A stretch of DNA of 64,000 bases from Malacoraja senta (lineage: Eukaryota): assembly GCA_038087875.1 (NCBI GenBank), contig CM075991.1, forward strand, positions 5,208,001 through 5,272,000. Reading direction: 5' to 3'. Positions within the stretch are counted from its first letter, which is position 1, and each line of letters opens with the position of its first letter. Position numbers and translations under genes: made by a program. Below, piece by piece: positions 36,568 to 47,790 of this stretch. The notes beneath the pieces are model-generated. The model ran no database searches and was not told where the DNA came from. It worked only from the letters and a program-made list of their open reading frames with translations.

Positions 36568-38040
36568 AGAGTCGCCAGAATTGGCACTATTTTCAAGTCC
36601 CAGTTGTTGTAAGTGCAGGGTTCTTGATCTGACCATGACGGTCCATTGTCCTGGCGGTTTGGCTGGGTTGGCCTGGCCAAGCATAGCCGTGGTGTCCTCC
36701 ACTGCTGTAGTTTGTATACATTGGGTATCCAAGCATAGAATTTCACTGTGCCTAGTCACATATGAGAATATAGTATTCCATTCCGTCAGGCACAGGGTTC
36801 TGTTCTTGCATCTGTCCGAAGCTCCAAAGGCTCTCAAACCTCTCAGATAAGAAATGTTTCCTCATCTCAGCATTAAGTTGGGGGGTTCCCTTATTCTGAG
36901 ATCATTCCTTCTGACTTTGTCAGCAGAAGAAACATCTTCCCAGCATTTACCCTGCCTGGTCACCGAAGAACCTTTAGCAAAACACAAAGTGCTGGAGGAA
37001 CTCAGCGGGTCGGGCAGCAACTGTGGAAGGAAATGGGCTGATGGCGTTTTGGCTCCGAATCCTTCAGGGAATGGAGGGATCTGGATCATGTCCAGGCAGA
37101 TTGGTTTATCTTGGAATCATGCTAGACACAGACATGATGGGCCGAAGGGCCTATTCCTGTGCTGTACTGTTCTGGTTCCAGTTGTGTATCAGCTCAGTAA
37201 GGACCCCCCCCCCCCCACCTGTACTGGGAATGGCAGTAAGACTGTACCGTTAGCCAGTTAGTAATTCACCAATGCATTACGTCATCTTTAATTTAAAAAA
37301 CGCAAAATCATTCTTTGTGTGGACAGTGCCAAGCTGGGAATGGAACAGCTAAACGAGACGAGCTTGCAACCATAAGGAGATCCTTGTCACAGCAAGGCAA
37401 TTAGGGCTGGAGAGGAAAGTGGACGCTATTAGACAGCGCTGCTGCTGTTCCTGGCAGCTGGTTCTTGTCTGTATCCCGTGCGGCCTAGGAGCAGGTCTGG
37501 AGGACATAAATGAACGGGTGCAGAGGAACTGATATTAAAGCAGGTTATTTTAAATACAGTATTGTGGTGCTTTGCAGAAAAGTCCCGCTGTGCACAGTAC
37601 GACTATTCAGCTGCTTGGGGGGGATGCTCACCAGCTTGCAATCCAACAGCCCTCTCTTATCAGTCAAAACTATGCCTGCACAGCTTGGGCCCGGCAATTT
37701 GGTTCAATCCCCCGGTTAGGAGAAGTGAAAATCAAACATATTCACTGATAGTGATAAGTATGTGCACATATCTCTCTGTCGTCATTGAGTATGAATCCTT
37801 TGGTGTAGTTTGGTGTTGTAATACAGCGCAGAAACAGGCCCTTCGGCCCACCGAGTCCGTGCCGGCCAGCATGACTCTACTAGAGATTAGTTTAGAGTTT
37901 AGAGAATTCTCTTCCATTAAAAACTAAACTGAAATAAAGGCAGGCAGGTGGGATGTGAGAGGACATTCAGTTCAAATAGTGTTCTACTGTTGCAAGGAAC
38001 AGTCATAATACATACTACAGAAAGGGGTTAATAAGGGCAC

Positions 38041-38093
38041 ATATGTGTGTGTGCGTGTGTGTGTGTGTGTGTGTATATATGTGTATGGATATA

Positions 38094-38124
<31 letters not shown>

Positions 38125-38170
38125 GTATGGATATATGTGTGTGTGTGTGTGTGTATATATATGTGTATGG

Positions 38171-38224
<54 letters not shown>

Positions 38225-38285
38225 TTGTGTACATATATGTATATATAGAAAAATGTATATATATTAGGTGTGTTTATATATACAC
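38041..38285. repeat. Compound (TG)n/(TA)n microsatellite with higher-order unit
   Basis: (TG)n runs separated by TATATATGTGTATGGATATA three times. Confidence 0.95.
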
Positions 38286-38484
38286 AAACACTGAACTTTT
38301 TTTCTCGTTTATTAGCCGGTCCAGCTTTGTTCTGGCCTTTTCTTACCCCCACTTCCCTCCCCTTTACTTTCAGTTTGAAGAAGGGTCCCAACCCGATACG
38401 TCACCCATTGTTTTTCTCCTGGGATGCTGCCTGACCTGGTGAATTACTAAAGCACTTTGTGTCATACCTATGTACAACAAGGAT

Positions 38485-39415
38485 GGGTTACACCTTAACT
38501 GGAGGGGGGCCAATGTTCTGGCAGGCAAGTTTGCTGGTGCTACACGTGTGAGTTTAAACTAAATAGCGGGGGTGGGGGGAGGGGGAGGGGTTGGAAAAGT
38601 TACAAAAGACTCCCAAATGAATGGGAAGGAAAGTTTGAGAAGGGATAAGAGAGTAAGGTCAGAGATAGTGACCGGTGTGAGAGGGGAGGTGAATACCGAA
38701 GTTAAAGTGTTGTATATGAATGCGTAAAGTTTAAGAAATAAAATGGATGAGCTCGAGGCTCAGTTAGAAATTGGTAAGTATGATGTTGTAGGAATTACAG
38801 AGACATGGCTGCCAGAGGACCAGGGCTGGGAACTGAATATTCAGGGGTATACATCCTATCAAAAAGACAGACAGGTGGGCAGAGGGGGTGGGGTAGCTCT
38901 GTTAGTAAGGAATGAAATTTAGTGTTAAAGAAGGAACTGCAGATGCTGGAAAATCGAAGGTACACAAAAATGCTGGAGAAACTCAGCGGGTGCAGCAGCA
39001 TCTATGGAGCGAAGGAAATAGGCAACGTTTCGGGCCCGAAACGTTGCCTATTTCCTTCGCTCCATAGATGCTGCTGCACCCGCTGAGTTTCTCCAGCATT
39101 TTTGTGTACCTATGAAATTTAGTCCCTTGCGAGGGGTGACAATAGAATCAGGAGATGTAGAGTCAGTATGGATAGAACTGAGGAATTATAAGGGTAAAAA
39201 GACCCTAATGGGAGTTATCTACAGGCCCCCAAACAGTAGCCTGGATATAGGTGCAAGTTGAACCAAGAGTTAAAATTGGCATGTAGCAAAGTTAATGGTT
39301 ATGGGAGATTTCAACATGCAGGTAGACTGGGAAAATCAGGTTGGTACTGGACCCCAAGAAAGGGAGTTTGTGGAATGCCTCCGAGATGGATTCTCAGAGC
39401 AGCTTGTACTGGAAC
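38485..39415 (+). mobile_element. CR1 LINE ORF1 end / APE endonuclease region, degenerate
   Basis: LYMNA.SLRNK, GITETW, GGGVALLV, GVIYRPP, VMGDFN motifs. Confidence 0.85.
38924..39111. mobile_element. Fold-back Penelope-terminus element, 188 bp, perfect 154-bp palindrome
   Basis: Arms 38958-39034 and 39035-39111 are exact reverse complements; 34-bp tail; perfect 12-bp TSD ATGAAATTTAGT. Confidence 0.92.
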
Positions 39416-40407
39416 CGAAGTTCTCAGAGAAACCCTGCGCAGGTCACGGGGAGAACGTACAAACTCTGTACAGACAGCAACCTTTGCTAGGATCAAACCC
39501 GGGTCTCCAGCACTGTAAGACTGCAACACTACCGCTGCGCCACTGTGCCTCCCGTCGTGGAAAAATGAACCACGGGACTAAGTTTATGAACCAGTTTATT
39601 TTAAAAGACTAATTGCCTCATTCGCTTTATAAATATCACCATACACTCAGACATTTCACAGCACTGATCATTGTTTCAGTGTGGCACTTCAGAATGCTTT
39701 ATAGTCAAGGTAGTTCAAACAGGTTTCAAAAACAAATAAAATCAGCGAGAACCATACTTCACATCCCAAAACAATAATTGGCTTCCCCTACCTTTACAGT
39801 CCTTTTGTGTTGCAACAATTAACACCTCCTCATGGCTATTATGAAGAGAGAAGGTTGAAGCATAGAAGAAAATGTGAACAGCTTAGCAAGTGCTGCTGGC
39901 TCTTTGTACCAACAGTAATGCTTAATTTTACACACCTGCTTTTTTGTTCCATAGAATAACACTGATAAATACGCAGGCCACTTTGAGGATTGTTAAAATG
40001 GACAACCGAATAATGAATAACATTGATAGTGGTGCAAATGTTTGCTTTTTTCTTTAGTTAGAGAGCGCTCTTCATGCTCCAGAATCTTGTGCAGGGCTGA
40101 CGAATTTTTCTGTTGTTGCTAAAATAATTAACAGACCTGAAGCATATTATTATCCAAATTTGCAACTTATATCTTCAATGTTTGTGGACTATTTAGCCTT
40201 GACTGTGGCTTCCAATGAGCAGACTTGATGGGCCAAATGGCCCAATTCTGCTCCCATGTCCTATTATCTTTACAATCCTCATTCCTTTATAAATGAGTGA
40301 ACGGGAAGAACAGACTCGGGTTTAAAAAAAAAATTTAAAAAAATTCCATCTGTTTTAGTTTTAGTTTTTTTTAAAGATACAGCATGCAAACAGGCCCTTC
40401 AGCCCGA

Positions 40408-41057
40408 GTGTTAGCATTCATAGCAAAAGGATTTGAGTATAGGAGCAGGGAGGTTCTACTGCAGTTGTACAGGGTCTTGGTGATACCACACCTGGCGTAT
40501 TGCGTACAGTTTTGGTCTCCTAATCTGAGGAAAGACATTCTTGCCATAGAGGGAGTACAGAGAAGGTTCACCAGACTGATTCCTGGGATGTCAGGACTGT
40601 CTTATGAAGAAAGACTGGATAGACTTGGTTTATACTCTCTAGAATTTAGGAGATTGAGAGGGGATCTTATAGAAACTTACAAAATTCTTAAGGGGTTGGA
40701 CAGGCTAGATGCAGGAAGATTGCTCCCGATGTTGGGGAAGTCCAGAACAAGGGGTCACAGTTTAAGGATAAGGGGGAAATCTTTTAGGACCGAGATGAGG
40801 AAAACATTTTTCACACAGAGAGTGGTGAATCTCTGGAATTCTCTGCCACAGAAGGTAGTTGAGGCCAGTTCATTGACTATATTAAAGAGTTAGATAGATG
40901 TGGCCCTTGTGGCTAAAGGGATCAGGGGGTATGGAGAGAAAGCAGGTACAGGATACTGAGTTGGATGATCAGCCATGATCATATCGAATCGCGGTGCAGG
41001 CTCGAAGGGCCGAATGGCCTACTCCTGCACCTATTTTCTATGTTTCTATGTTTCTAT
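40408..41057 (+). mobile_element. Young CR1/HER1 LINE 3' end
   Basis: Near-identical to 52555-53343; (TTTCTATG)n tail. Confidence 0.9.
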
Positions 41058-42209
41058 GCGTCCACGCCGACCAGCAAACCCGTACACTATTTCTATCCTA
41101 CACACTAGGGACAATGTACAGAGGCCAATTAACCTACAAACCTGCGCGCCTTGGAATGTGGGATGAATGGAGGAATAAATGAATGAATAAATGCTTTATC
41201 GTCACGTGACAAGTCGGAGTGAAATTCTTTGCTTGCATACCCAAGGTATGGAAATAGTTGCCCATAAGGGGCACTTACAAATTACAAGGTCCCCCTTGTT
41301 CTCCCCCTCCTCCTCCTCCCCCTCCTCACAGTGGTCCTCCCACACCGGTTCCTCCATTGTTCTTCCCCCTCCAAAACCCATACAATCACAGGGAGAATGT
41401 ACAAACTCCGTACAGACAGCACCCGTAGTCGGGATCGAACCCGGGTCTCTGGCGCTGTGAGGCAGCAACTCTATCACTGCGCCGCCTTTGCCTCTTGTGC
41501 AATATTGAAGCCCACTTCATCCTGACACTCGATTCAATGGGTTTGGATAAGGTCTCCCCAACATATAACTAAAGGCCCAAATATGCGGGGTTTAGTCAAG
41601 CCTAATACAACAGCAATAGCATAAGACATGCAGATCGAGCATTTATTTGGCAGTAATACTACAGCCATTTTGTAACTAATGTTCGGCATCACAGCTGCTG
41701 TGGGTAGTTCACCGACCACTTCATTCCCATTACGGAAATTACTTCCTTAATGGAGTGCGGGTCAGAGAAAAGGTGATGACAATGCAGATTCCCCTAGCTG
41801 GGCACATTCTTCTTGTTGGGAGCAGGCATTCCATGAATTATTCCTTACGTAAACCCTGGCTGACAGAAGATAGCAGTGGGGATTTTCCTTTCTTTTCATG
41901 GATGAGGCAAACCAATCCTACACTTATTCCAGTGGGTGAATACTGATCCTAACAAGAGTGGATATTCAACCTCATCAGAAATCTTCCCTGCCTGTGCTTG
42001 TGGCTATCAGGACTTGCCTCTGGTAGCTCCCAAGCATGGGGTGGGAGGATTTGAAATGCTGCAGCAATTTATTTTATGTATTAATTCTTTGGATTCAAAG
42101 AATCACAAGTCCACTATTTATTGCCCATTCTTAACTGCCCAGGGTCAGGCAGAGGTGGTGAATCTGTGGAATTCATTGCTACAGATGGCCGTGGAAGCCA
42201 AGTCATTAG

Positions 42210-42510
42210 AGCGGCATGGTGGCGCAGTGGTAGAGTTGCTGCTTTACAGCACCAGAGACCTGGGTTCGATCTTGACTCGGGGTGCTGTCTGTATGGGGTT
42301 TGTACATTCCCCCTGTGACCGCATGGATTTTCTCCAGGTGCTCCAGTTTTCTCCCACGCTCTACAGACGTACAGGCTTGTAGGTTAATTGGCTTTGGTAA
42401 AAAAAATAGTAAATTGTCCTTAGTGTGTAGGAAAGTGTTAGTGTGTGATGTGATTTCTGGTTGGCGTGGACTCAGTGGGCCGAAGGGCCTGCTTCCATGC
42501 GGTATGTCTA
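42210..42510 (+). mobile_element. HE1-like V-SINE inserted into a CR1 3' fragment
   Basis: A/B boxes and V-domain; CR1 sequence continues on both sides. Confidence 0.75.
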
Positions 42511-43169
42511 ACATTGGGTATTTTTAAAGTGGAGATTGACAGGTGCTTGATTAGTAAGGGTGTCAAAGGTAATGGGGAGAAGACAGAAAAATGGGGTTGA
42601 GAGGGAAAAATAGATCAGCCATGATCGAATGGTGGAGTGGACTTGATGGGCCAAATGGCCTAATTCTGCTCCTATGGCTTATGATCAAAGCTCTGCAGTC
42701 CTTCTGGTGAAGGTGCTTCCATGGTGCTGCTGAAAAGGAAGTTCTAGGATTTAAACTTGGCAACCATGAAGGAATGGGGTGTAATATGAAGGGGGGTATC
42801 TACTCCTTGGATTTCCACCTTCCCTCCACTCTTGGTTACTTCGATGTGTCTAAGCTCCATGTTCTGAATATGGATCGTCACTATAATGTAATGTTTGCTA
42901 CAGGAGTGGGCATTGAAGCATTCAAAGACATATGTATCTTGCAGGCTGCTTGTAACAAACCTAAACTGTTGCTCTATCGCCTCCGGCAAAGATGGTTAGA
43001 ACATCTACCACCAACGTAGACACGACTTCCCTTCTAACCTCAGTAAGACGAGGGATCAGGCAAGTAGAATACCGGGGTTGGACTTCATGGACTTGTTGAT
43101 GCCGTCACAGTTGGAATGAGTCCAGAATCCACAAACAGTCTTCGTTTCAGCAACTTTTATTTTTGTGCC

Positions 43170-43468
43170 ATGGTGACGTAGTGTTGCTGCCTCACAGCAC
43201 CAGAGACCCGGGTTCGATCCTGACTATGGGTGCTGTCTGTACGGAGTTTGTAAGTTCTCCCAAGTGACCTGCATGGGGTTTCCCCGGAATCTCCGGTTTC
43301 CTCCCACACTCCAAAGACCTACAGGGTTGTTGTTTAATTTGCTTGGTATAAGTGTAACTTGTTCCTAGTGTGTGTAGGATAGTGTTATTGCGTGAGGATC
43401 GCTGGTCGGCGTGGACTCGGTGGTCCGAAGGGCCTGTTTCCGTGCTGTATCTCTAAACTAAACTAAAC
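43170..43468 (+). mobile_element. HE1-like V-SINE
   Basis: GGTTCGATCC B-box, V-domain, (CTAAA)n tail. Confidence 0.8.
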
Positions 43469-45880
43469 ATTATAGCCCATCTTCAGTTTAAACCAGCATC
43501 TGCAGTTCCTTCCCAAAGATTAAAGGCGATGCTTAATTGGAAACAGCATGCAAAGCACTGCCTCAGCGTATGGGTAGTGAGCACTAATGATCTTGGCAGC
43601 TAGATGCAGCTCAGTGTAAGGGGGAAGGATAACTCAGACATCTGAAGAGCCAGGGTGGTTTCTTTGATGTTATCAATCTTGCACCGTTCTTGGCAGTGCA
43701 ATGTAACCTTGGAAGGAAGACTTTGTGAATGACACCATCCCACTATTATTAATGAACTATGATGCCACTGTACCCTTCCCATGAATGTTTGGTTGTAGCA
43801 AGAACCAGGAGAGTCCTATGGGCAGCATTACTTGACTTTGAAAATCTGCCATTTGTAAGCATATGTGATGCTCTCTGACCTGAGATTAAAGCAATATCCC
43901 GGTTTTTCTGGAGGCAGAAAAACAGTTTTTTTGTTGTTCTTTTCTCACTCCAAAATGCTACATTATTAATAACAATATTCCATTCAAATGTCCATGTCCC
44001 ACCTGTCCATATTCACCAGAGATGCTGCCTGGCCCGCTTACTCCAGCACTTTGTGTGGGTTTTTTTGGTCAACCAGCATCTGCAGTTCCTCAATGTCCTC
44101 AATCCTCTCTGTAATTGTTAGCATGTGTCCATGGAAAGTGTGATCTCCTGGCAAACAAGGACATAGCATATGTCTGGAGAACGTGGATGGGTGACGTTTC
44201 GGGATGGGACTCTTCTTCAGTCTGAACCGGTGGGGTTACTCCAGCACTTCGTGCACAGGACGAGGGTGATGTTGAAGACACATTTCCCCCGTCTCTGGTG
44301 ACCCATTGGACACACTGCTGTGGATCCCCAGATGAGATAGAAGGAAATCTCTGGCTCAGATGACTGCCAAGGTGGAGGATGGGCGTTTGGGCCACACCTG
44401 CAACGCGGACACCATCAACAAGACCTCCCTGAGCCTGATGACCACGATCGTGCTCGCCTCAAAAGGACACAGTGGTGGAGTAATTCCGCTGTTTCATTTC
44501 CTTTAGCCCCCAATAAAGGGGAGCTTCTGGAGGAACTCGGCAGCTCCGGCAGCATCTGTGGAGGAAAATCGATGGCCGAGACCCTTCATCTTGACTGAGG
44601 AAACACTGACTCACCATTCCCCGCACAGATGCTGTCTAACTTGCAGAGTTTCTCCAGCATCTCTCCTTGTGTTGCAGATTCCAGCATCTGCAGTCTCTAG
44701 TGCCTCTGTATTGCTTCTATTCAATAATGGTGCATTTTGATAATCCTTTGTCTCTAACAATTTTGTTGCAGCCATCCAGGATCCTGACAGCCCAAGCTCA
44801 GTGCTGTGTGGGCTCATATCGGGTGAAAATCCATTGGAAGTATCGTTTAGAAATTGGTGCTACAGTCATGCTGGCGCAAGCAATGATTCTTTGGCACGGG
44901 GCATAACGCCATGTGCTTATAAAATGTTTTTCCCTGAAGCCCACCCTTAACAGGTGGATTTGTCATGTCACTGGCTTAGTTCTGCTTGGGTTGTAGTGTA
45001 AACATTAGCATTTATAAATTCCCAACTTATAATTCACTGCTTTCACTTTAACAGCACCGCCAGCGAACATGTCACGCTATGCTGGAGCCGTGCGTTTCAA
45101 AAGCATACAATCCACTTGAAACCAAGTTGGCAAATAAAAAAGTCAAAATGGTGTGCGCTTTGATTTGTTTGTAGCTGAAAGAAATGCTATTGGCATTCCA
45201 ATGGAAGCACCTCACAAAATATCCGGTCACCGCAAACAGCCCTGTTATCAACACTGCATTTGCAAAAGTCTGCATATAATGACAACACTATAACCAGCCA
45301 GAGTTGAGACCATTAGGCAATATTCCTGTCAACCAGCCTTGCTGACAATATTGCTCCAAATGATGAAGATTGATTTTAATGCAGGTAAGTTGCAAGGAAC
45401 TGTCCCAGTAGTTTTCTGGAGAAACGTTGCTCTTGTAATTGAAGCCATTGCTGTGGTCTGACTGCTGCACTCTTTAAATACACGTTGTTTTCTGAGTATG
45501 TGTAGGAAGGAACTTCAGATGACGGTTGAAACTGTAGGCACAAAAAGCTGGAGTAATTCAGCGGTAGACAAAAATGCTGCAGAAACTCAGTGGGTGAGGC
45601 AGCATCTATGGAGCGAAGGAAATAGGCAACGTTTCGGGTTGCAACCCTTCTTTAGTAATTCAGCAGGACAGGCAGCATTTCTGGAGAGAAGAAATGGGTG
45701 ACGTTTCGGGTTGAGACCCTTCTTCAGTCTGAGTTACTCCAGCTTTTTGTGTCGATCTTGTTTTCTGAGTAAACTGGCTGTTTGCATCAGCCCTTTCTCC
45801 ATACTCCCACCTTTGAACTCGCTGGCTTGCGTGCTGTTGCCAGTCAATGCCCTGCTCACTGAAAGACATTTTACCCTTTG

Positions 45881-46561
45881 TCAAATCGCAGTGGCAACTA
45901 TCACCTCAAAAGAGTCAGCACCTTGTCCCACTCTCTCCACAGAATCTCTGGCTTCCAGCTGGACTGAGAGCTGCTGGACAGTCCTCTCCAGGCTGAGGTT
46001 CTGCCGGCGAGTGCGCAGGTAGTTCTGCTGGAGCTGCTTCTGGTATTCAATCACCCGCTCCTTCTCTGCACACCACAGCAGCCGCTCCTTCTGAGAGTCG
46101 AGGGCCAGCGCCTGGTTCCTCTGCTTCTCGTGCTCCAGTTGGGCTTTTAACTTGTCCACTTGTCCCTGCAGGTTCGCTGACCCTTGCTGGCTCTGTCGCA
46201 GGGACAGCGCCGGTTCGGGCCGGCCGTCGCTCTCGCCTCCACAGCTCGCTTCCTTCCAGCTGACCGAGCTGCGTTTCAGGTCGCGGATCCTCTGCTCCTG
46301 CAGGCCGACCTTCTCCCGCAGCAGCTCGGCCGCGTTCCTCATGCGCTGCAGCTCGTTCTCGCACACCTCCAGCTCCCTCGCCTTGGTCTGGACTGCGCCC
46401 TGCAGCTCCTCGACCCGCTGCTCTCGAGAGGACAGCTTCCCCCTCGCCTCCCTCACCTGGTTCCTCAGGGTCAGCACATCGTTGGTCTTGTTGGCCAGCT
46501 CCGTCTGCGAGTCCTTCAGCTGCTGCTTTAGAAGAGAGATCACCCCAGACTTCTGGCAGAC
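45881..46561 (-). CDS. LZTS1: LZTS1-like coding exon 3 (Fez1 coiled coil, PDZ-binding C-terminus)
   Basis: TTTCAG acceptor, VCQKSGVISLLKQQLKDSQ..ELEVCENELQR..EKERVIEYQKQLQQNYL..IVATAI*. Total CDS 1806 nt = 601 aa. Confidence 0.88.
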   Translation of the reverse strand, partial: VCQKSGVISLLKQQLKDSQTELANKTNDVLTLRNQVREARGKLSSREQRVEELQGAVQTKARELEVCENELQRMRNAAELLREKVGLQEQRIRDLKRSSVSWKEASCGGESDGRPEPALSLRQSQQGSANLQGQVDKLKAQLEHEKQRNQALALDSQKERLLWCAEKERVIEYQKQLQQNYLRTRRQNLSLERTVQQLSVQLEARDSVERVGQGADSFEVIVATAI

Positions 46562-47184
46562 CTGAAACAGTAAGGGTCCATAATCTGCAAATGCACACGA
46601 ACATCACTTGCACCACACTGCCCCACAACTGTGTTTTCAAACTAGAGGTGACACCAATCAAAGCTTGATCTGACTAGTAGAAACAAGGAACTGCAGATGC
46701 TGCTGACAAAAATAATAGTTGTGGAGAAACTCAGTGGGTCAGGCAGCATCCGTGGAGAACATGGATAGGTGGAGATCTGACGTTTTATTCTGAAGAAGGG
46801 TACCGACCCGAAACATCACCTATCCATGTTTTTCTGGGATGCTACCTAATCCAATGAGGTGCTCCAACACTTTGGGTCCTTTCTTGATCAAACAAGGCTT
46901 GGCGCCGATCAAACTTTGACCAAAGAGAGATTTTTACAAGAAGATATTTCCTAAGCTTGAGAACTCTCGATCGTTTATCATATTATTTATTATGCATATA
47001 TATTCTGTTGTGCTGCAGCAAGTAAGAATTTCATTGTTCTATCTGGGACATATGACAATAAAACATTCTTGACTATTGAACAGCGGATCTGCAGTGTAGA
47101 GTAACTAAATGAAGTGACGAGCAAGAGGCTGGAACAGGCGTGAGACACAGTCCTTGGAAGAGATTACAAAGACCAGGAGGGGTC

Positions 47185-47790
47185 AAGTCAAGTGAGTTTA
47201 TTATCATGTGTCCCTGATAGGACAATGAAATTCTTGCTTTGCTTCAGCACAACAGAACATAGTAGGCATTGACTACAAGGCATTCTATAAATATATACAC
47301 ACATGAATCAATATACTGATAAAGTACAAATAACAGTATTGGCTAATAAAGTTCAGTGTTATGTCTGAGCCAGGTTTAATAGCCTGATGGCTGTGGGGAA
47401 GTAGCTATTCCTGAACCTGGTTGTTGCAGTCTTCAGGCTCCTGTACCTTCTACCTGAAGGTAGTAGGGAGATGAGTGTGTGTGGCCAGGATGGTGTGGGT
47501 CCTTGATGATACTGCCAGCCTTTTTGAGGCAGCGACTGTGATAGATCCCCTCGATGGAAGGGAGGTCAGAGCCGATGATGGACTGGGCAGTGTTTACTAC
47601 TTTTTGTAGTCTTTTCCTCTCCAGGGCGCTCAAGTTGCCGAACCATGCCACGATGCAACCGGTCAGCATGCTCTCTACTGTGCACCTGTAGAAGTTAGAG
47701 AGAGTCCTCCTTGACAAACCGACTCGCCGTAATCTTCTCAGGAAGTAGAGGCGCTGATGTGCTTTCTTAATAATGGCATCAGTGTTCTCG
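47185..47790 (-). mobile_element. Rex1/Babar LINE 3' end (LZTS1 intron)
   Basis: LSNFYRCTVESMLTGCIVAWFGN..LQKVVNTAQSIIG..IIKDPHHPGH; tail (CTTGA)n. Confidence 0.85.

Noticed and set aside
37984..38442. His/Thr- or Cys/Val-rich ORFs (also 61721-62125)
   Set aside because: Translations of (CA/TG)n microsatellites.
41534..43150. Unique-looking short ORFs as possible exons of a hidden gene between SNRPG and LZTS1 (e.g. FAM136A)
   Set aside because: No recognisable protein motif or consistent splice chain found by eye; cannot be excluded without BLASTX or RNA-seq.
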